The notes beneath the pieces are model-generated. The model did not search any database, had not been told where the DNA came from, and was given only the letters and a program-made list of their open reading frames with translations. The position numbers and the translations under genes are program-made. Below, one piece after another: positions 58,868 to 64,000 of a stretch of DNA of 64,000 bases. The stretch comes from a bacterium. Lineage in GTDB: Bacteria; UBA8248. The number at the start of each line of letters is the position of its first letter. The first letter of the stretch is position 1. The stretch covers positions 544,001 through 608,000 of the forward strand of contig CBDBZU010000004.1 of NCBI GenBank assembly GCA_965213625.1. The letters run 5' to 3'.

Positions 58868-59896
58868 TCAAGCGGAAAAGTGCTCCCAAGCCAAGTTTTC
58901 CAGAATGAAAATCCCGTCTGCGCGCTTGAGAGAAATCCCCTCCGAGTCCGGAAGAATTTCCCCGATGGGGGTGAGTGGTCCCCCTCCAGAACTTCGAACG
59001 ACTTCTTGAAGAGCGCAAACGGATTTAGCGGGCGTTGTGACGAGAAGCTCGTAATCTTCACCGCCATGCAGCGCCCACTCGCTGGGCTTTTTCTCGGCGA
59101 CCGAGGCTACTTCGAGCAGGGCGCCGGAAACGGGTAGTTCGGATTCCCAAATAATAGCACCTACCCCGCTCGATTCACATAGGTGACGAATATCGCCCGC
59201 CAGACCATCGCTGATATCCATCATCGCGGTGGCAAGCCCCGATTCCGCGATGGCTGCCCCCTCCGCCACGCGAGGCTGCGGCTCGAATTGCGCGCGGGTG
59301 AGCGAGGGACGTACCCCTTCGGGTAGTTTTATGTGCTGCCTGGAAGACAAAAATAACCCCGCGGCGGCATCACCCAAACGCCCCGTCACCAGAATCCTAT
59401 CTCCCACGTGAGCACTGCTTCTACGGAGCACCTTCTCTTCCATAATCTCGCCGACGAGAAACACGTCGACGAACAATGGGCCACTTGTCCGGGTGACGTT
59501 TCCGCCCAGAATCAATATTTTGTATTGCTCCGAGAGAGCGCGAACCCCGCCATACACATCATCCAGAAAAGAAACCGCCGTCTCCTCGGGAATGCCCAAC
59601 GAGATGAGTGCAAAGCGTGGCTTTCCTCCCATGGCCGCCACATCGCTCACATTCACAGCCAGCGACTTGTAACCCACGGCGAATCCCGAAACATCCCCCG
59701 TGGACGGGAAATGCACGCCACCTACCTGCGCATCACACGTCACAACCCAACATTTTCCATCCGCCGCCTTGATGACGGCCGCATCATCTCCGTTGCCTAC
59801 GATGACGTCTGTATCGTTCCCCACCGATCCGAGTACGTCTCTTAGACGCTCTATCAGGGCGAATTCGCCGATCTCACCAGCCGACTTGCCACTCAT
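58868..59896 (-). CDS. thiL: Thiamine-monophosphate kinase
   Basis: GEFALI, GDDAA, NVSDVAAMGG, MDISDGL, GGEDYEL. Confidence 0.95.
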   Translation of the reverse strand: MSGKSAGEIGEFALIERLRDVLGSVGNDTDVIVGNGDDAAVIKAADGKCWVVTCDAQVGGVHFPSTGDVSGFAVGYKSLAVNVSDVAAMGGKPRFALISLGIPEETAVSFLDDVYGGVRALSEQYKILILGGNVTRTSGPLFVDVFLVGEIMEEKVLRRSSAHVGDRILVTGRLGDAAAGLFLSSRQHIKLPEGVRPSLTRAQFEPQPRVAEGAAIAESGLATAMMDISDGLAGDIRHLCESSGVGAIIWESELPVSGALLEVASVAEKKPSEWALHGGEDYELLVTTPAKSVCALQEVVRSSGGGPLTPIGEILPDSEGISLKRADGIFILENLAWEHFSA

Positions 59897-60537
59897 CCTT
59901 TCGCCCTCTCAATACGATTGCACAATTCCCTTGTCGCGGCTTCCGGGTTCGGTGCCCCCATAACCGCGCCGATTACAGCTACGCCGGTGGCGCCGGCTTC
60001 GATGACGGGCTCCACGTTCTCGATACCGATTCCTCCGATGGCGACGGCGGGCAAACCAGGGGCGTGTTCGATAATCCGCCGAAATCCTTCCGGCCCAATC
60101 GGCTCTCTCGCATCGGCCTTGTTGCCAGTCGCGTAGATGGGACCTACGCCGATATAATCTGCATCCTCAGCGGCGGCTCGCGACGCCCATTCGGATTTTC
60201 CGGCTGTTACGCCGTAAAACAACGTATCTCCGCCTATCGCCCTAGCCCTCGGGAGTGGGAAATCCTCCTGTCCCAGATGCACCCCCTCCGCGCCACACGC
60301 CATGGCGACGTCCAACCGATCATTCACCGTCAAAGCACAGCCGGTTCCCTCCAGAGCATCTCGCAATTCATCAGCCAAGCGAATCATCTCCACACCACTC
60401 ATATTTTTTTCGCGAAGCTGGACCATGCCGGCCCCACTCATCGCGGCTGCCCGAACCGCGTCCCTCAGCTTCCATCCGGAAGCCTTCGCCAGAACCTTGC
60501 GGTCGGTAATGACAACCAGCGATGGGTCGAATTTCAT
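59893..60537 (-). CDS. thiE: Thiamine-phosphate synthase
   Basis: VQLREK, VNDRLD, GVHLGQED, YIGVGPIY.T.NK, AIGGI; overlaps thiL start. Confidence 0.92.
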   Translation of the reverse strand: MKFDPSLVVITDRKVLAKASGWKLRDAVRAAAMSGAGMVQLREKNMSGVEMIRLADELRDALEGTGCALTVNDRLDVAMACGAEGVHLGQEDFPLPRARAIGGDTLFYGVTAGKSEWASRAAAEDADYIGVGPIYATGNKADAREPIGPEGFRRIIEHAPGLPAVAIGGIGIENVEPVIEAGATGVAVIGAVMGAPNPEAATRELCNRIERAKG

Positions 60538-60726
60538 GGCGTCCCTCAAACAGACAAGAGCAAAACTACCACGTTGATAATGAAACACGACTACCATGAT
60601 AAGCAAGACAAGCCATGTTGAAGAATACATTTATCAATGAGAGGAGAAAAAATAATGAGGGATGTATCTCTTGCGTATTTCTTTCATGCTTGAGAATCTC
60701 TTCTCCTATCTTAAAAGGAGAGCATC

Positions 60727-61326
60727 ATGAGTTGGATCCAACCCATTTCTCCGGATGCCGCGGAGGGAGAAACAAAAGAAATAATCGAAGGCCTGCGCAA
60801 AGCGAGAAAACCCATTCCCAAAATGTTTCTGGAGATGGGCAGAAGACCAGGCATTCTGGCCGGGCGTGAAATGCTCCGCAGTTCCGTTCATGGCGGCTCG
60901 AGCCTCGGAACGAGGCGGGCTGAGTTGCTTGCCTTCTACGTGGCAGCACATGGGGGGTGATACGGCTGAGCGATGAACCACGGGCAGTTGTTCCGTGACA
61001 AATGCGATGGCGCCACAACCGTTGAAGTAGCCGAGGTGCTGGACGACCCGAAGCGCGCAGGTATCCTCGACCCCGCGGACCGCGCCATGCTCGCCTATGC
61101 GGAGAAAATCACCCATACGCCCCACCAAATGGAAAAAACGGATATCGAGCATTTGAGGCGCGTCGGTTTCAGCGAGGAAAACATCGTTGACATCATATCG
61201 GCTGCGGCCTACAGAAACTTCGCCAACACAATCAACTACGCCTTCGGGCACGTGGAGCAAAATCCCGAAGGACCCGAGGAGTTGAATGCCGCCATCCAGA
61301 GGTTGAAAAAGAGAATTCGTGTCTAA
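60727..61326 (+). CDS. AhpD/CMD-like peroxidase-related protein, probable selenoprotein with UxxU motif (199 aa by readthrough)
   Basis: ORFs 60727-60960 and 60973-61326 are in one frame joined by TGA-TAC-GGC-TGA-GCG; the TGAs sit at the CxxC positions before the conserved His; AAGGAG RBS at the first start only. Confidence 0.85.
60979..60997 (+). promoter_or_regulatory. Candidate bacterial SECIS hairpin
   Basis: CACGG-GC-AGTT-GT-T-CCGTG; G-containing apical loop 16 nt after the second TGA and 25 nt after the first. Confidence 0.55.
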
Positions 61327-62062
61327 TAAATCACTAGCCTTGTCATCAATCTCGTATGTGGGCCTGTTCATATCGGGCGCTTGCGCGCTGGCCGCGGCGG
61401 CATCGGGACTGGGCTATCGCTGGGGATTTTGGCATTTCAGCGCCGGGTTTCAGATTTTCAAGTCCGCATCCGTTATCGCTCTGATCTCAGTCGCCGTATC
61501 CATGGCAGGTGGGCTATTTGCCCTGCGCGACGCCTCGAGATTGAGAACCGTCTGCGCCGCTCTCGGCATCGCGCTGGGTTTTACCGTAGCAGGATTTCTG
61601 TATTCGCACATGCAAATTGCGAGACGGGTGCCCAAGATTCACGACATCACCACGGACACCCGAAACCCTCCCGCTTTTCAAACCGTTCTTCCACTCAGAA
61701 AAGGAGCGAAAAACCCTCCTGGGTATGAGGGTGTGCGCATTGCGCGGCTCCAGATAAAAGCGTATCCAGACATCAAGCCAGTCATATTCCGGGATTCAAA
61801 AGAGGAAGTTTTCAAGCGCACCCTGGACGCCGCACGCGCTATGGATTGGCATGTGGTGTCATCAAAACCGACCGCAGGACGCATCGAGGCCTATGACTCG
61901 ACTTTCTGGTACGGCTTCATCGACGACATCGTTATACGGATCACGTCGAGTAACGGATCGACGCGCCTCGATATCCGCTCGAAATCCCGCGTCGGCGTCG
62001 GCGACATCGGTGCGAATGCCAGACGAATTCGCGGATTTTTCGAAAAGCTGAAAGTGAGATAG
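61319..62062 (+). CDS. DUF1499 domain membrane protein
   Basis: Three N-terminal TMs; PKIHDITTD..NPPAF, AYPDI, GFIDD, DIRSKSRVG..DIGANARRI. Confidence 0.9.
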   Translation: MSNKSLALSSISYVGLFISGACALAAAASGLGYRWGFWHFSAGFQIFKSASVIALISVAVSMAGGLFALRDASRLRTVCAALGIALGFTVAGFLYSHMQIARRVPKIHDITTDTRNPPAFQTVLPLRKGAKNPPGYEGVRIARLQIKAYPDIKPVIFRDSKEEVFKRTLDAARAMDWHVVSSKPTAGRIEAYDSTFWYGFIDDIVIRITSSNGSTRLDIRSKSRVGVGDIGANARRIRGFFEKLKVR

Positions 62063-62134
62063 ACTCAAACAACCTACTATAATCGGCGAGCTTCGTCGTG
62101 GATTAATTCCTTCCAATGCATGATGAGGGATCAC

Positions 62135-64000
62135 ATGCCCGACTATCAGGTTCTTGGCAAATCCATTCCGAGACTCGATTCCGTTGAAAAGGTTTCCGGA
62201 TTTGCAGATTTTGGCGATGATTTGAGGAGGCCCGGCTGCCTAACCGCAAAATTACTCCTGAGTCCACACCCCCATGCCGAGATCAAGAAAATCGATATTA
62301 CCGATGCCTTGAAAGTTCCCGGCGTGCACGCCGTTGTCACGGCGGGTGATTTCTCAGGCATTCGCCACGGCCGGCTCGTGCGCGATGAACCACTTCTGGC
62401 CATCGACAAAGTGCTTTACGTCGGCGAGCGCGTGGCCGCCGTAGCCGCCGAAACCCCCGAAGCCGCGCAAGCCGCGCTCGAGAAAATTCGTGTCGATTAC
62501 AAGGTGCTCCCCGCCGTGTTCACGACGGATGACGCCCTGAAAGACGACGCCTCGCTTCTGCACAACTCTCTGGATGATTACGCATCGTTTCCGGGTATCG
62601 TGCGCTATGGAAACGTGGCCGCCGATATTCTCATTCAATCCGGTGATCCCATAGAAAACGCGCTTGCTCGCGCCGACTTCGTTTTCGAGGACGAATACGA
62701 AACACCCCGCGTTCACCAGAACTATTTAGAGCCCCGCGCCATGCTTGCAGAACCCGGACCCGAGGACAGCACCATAGTCTATTCGCCCACCCAAGCGCCT
62801 TTCGTAGTGCGCGCCATCGCCTCGGAAATACTCGAACTTCCCATGAACAAACTACGCATCGTGAGCACCCATGTGGGAGGCGCTTTCGGCGGCAAATCCC
62901 AACATCTGATGGAAGCGCTGGCCGTTCTTTTGAGTAGAAAATCGAACCGTCCCGTACAGCTGACACTCAACCGCGAGGAGGAAACTATTACCGGAAATCC
63001 GAGGCACGCATATCGAATGCGATATCGCACAGGCGTTACGCGGGAAGGCAAAATCATCGCGCGCCATGTGCAAATCACGTCGAACAACGGCGCCTACTGC
63101 ATGACGGGGCCGATGGTGTTGGGAAAATCCTGCTACACCAGCGCAGGACCCTACAAAATCCCGAATGTCAGGGTCGATGGGCTACTCATATATACAAATC
63201 TTCCTCCCAGCGGTTCCTACCGGGGATTGGGCGTGGCGCAGGTCGCCTTCGCCTGCGAGCGTCATACCGATCGCATCTCTTCAGAACTGGGGATGGACCC
63301 GCTCACGTTTCGACTTCTCAATGGGATGGATGAAAACGATGAAGATCCCGCGGGCACAATTCTGCAGAGCGTCAGCATCAAGGAAACGCTGGAGCGCGCG
63401 GGCAAAAAAGCAGGCTGGGGAAAACAGAAAAAGAGTCATCGGGACGATAGAATCAGGCGCGGGATGGGCATCGGCTGCGCACGCTATCCCACGGGCGGGG
63501 GAGCGTCGGGCGCCGTGGTAAAGGTGAACGAAGATGGAGGCTTGGCAGTTCTGGCTGGATGCGCCGATCTTGGTACGGGCGCAGCTACGGTGATGGCTCA
63601 GGTGGCAGCGGAAGTTCTTGGGGCAGAGGTGCAAAAGGTGAGCGTCCGCATTGCCGACACCGAAACCACGCCCTTCGACGCCATCTCTGCGGGCAGTCGT
63701 ACTACGTTCAACATGGCGCACGCGGTGCGAATGGCGGCGGAAGACGCCCGTGAGCAAATGCTACGCCAAGCGGCGCGCATGCTCGAATCATCTCCTGAGG
63801 ACCTGGACATCGGCGAGGGAAACATATTCGTGCGCGCAGCACCCGCGCGTGCAATTCCGTTTGCCGAAGTTGCGTATTCCGCAGTCTGGAAAGGTGACGG
63901 TCCCGTGACAGGCCGCGGCGCCTACCGCGGGGAGAATCCTCCTCATCGGACGGACAACGTGCGTGGTCACCCGGAACCATCGAGGCCCGGGCCTGAATTC
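62135..64000 (+). CDS. Xanthine dehydrogenase family molybdopterin-binding subunit (3'-truncated by window edge)
   Basis: MPDYQVLGKSIPRLD..EKVSG, SPHPHA, YLEP, TQ, VGGAFGGK, YRGLG..Q..FA.E, GSR; frame appears open to the window end. Confidence 0.92.
   Translation, partial: MPDYQVLGKSIPRLDSVEKVSGFADFGDDLRRPGCLTAKLLLSPHPHAEIKKIDITDALKVPGVHAVVTAGDFSGIRHGRLVRDEPLLAIDKVLYVGERVAAVAAETPEAAQAALEKIRVDYKVLPAVFTTDDALKDDASLLHNSLDDYASFPGIVRYGNVAADILIQSGDPIENALARADFVFEDEYETPRVHQNYLEPRAMLAEPGPEDSTIVYSPTQAPFVVRAIASEILELPMNKLRIVSTHVGGAFGGKSQHLMEALAVLLSRKSNRPVQLTLNREEETITGNPRHAYRMRYRTGVTREGKIIARHVQITSNNGAYCMTGPMVLGKSCYTSAGPYKIPNVRVDGLLIYTNLPPSGSYRGLGVAQVAFACERHTDRISSELGMDPLTFRLLNGMDENDEDPAGTILQSVSIKETLERAGKKAGWGKQKKSHRDDRIRRGMGIGCARYPTGGGASGAVVKVNEDGGLAVLAGCADLGTGAATVMAQVAAEVLGAEVQKVSVRIADTETTPFDAISAGSRTTFNMAHAVRMAAEDAREQMLRQAARMLESSPEDLDIGEGNIFVRAAPARAIPFAEVAYSAVWKGDGPVTGRGAYRGENPPHRTDNVRGHPEPSRPGPEF

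Noticed and set aside
60727-61326. Genome-wide TGA reassignment, or two separate small genes
   Set aside because: prmA, rsmE, purD and recN end correctly at TGA; the two halves form one domain and the second ATG has no clear RBS

Overview
GC-rich bacterial chromosomal window in the standard genetic code, mostly housekeeping and catabolic genes. These include prmA-rsmE-purD, glgA-glgC, dtd-TIGR02757-nadK-recN, acs, a TPP-riboswitch-led thiS-thiG-thiE operon, bioA, pyrE, tRNA-Ser, thiE-thiL, yqeC and a xanthine-dehydrogenase-type Mo subunit. An 11-gene type II FAS/PKS-like cluster ends in an LpxL-type acyltransferase. Accessory DNA is scattered through intergenic gaps rich in REP/MITE palindromes. 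Highlights: (1) an AhpD/CMD-like peroxidase in which both Cys codons of CxxC are in-frame TGA (U-Y-G-U) followed by a SECIS-like hairpin, a probable double-selenocysteine protein near yqeC and a Mo hydroxylase; (2) an internally deleted IS110/IS1111 element inside a REP palindrome, whose 3' non-coding region carries guides matching its target and donor (bridge/seekRNA); (3) two integrase-free insertions (a TIR-like gene after phnA, a DUF1640-like gene after recN), each followed by a diverged duplicate of the host gene's 3' end; (4) a PD-(D/E)xK nuclease fused to a SeqA-like domain; (5) an unexplained ~1 kb non-coding element bounded by inverted 24-bp repeat arrays next to tRNA-Ser. All family calls come from motif recognition by eye; no searches were run.
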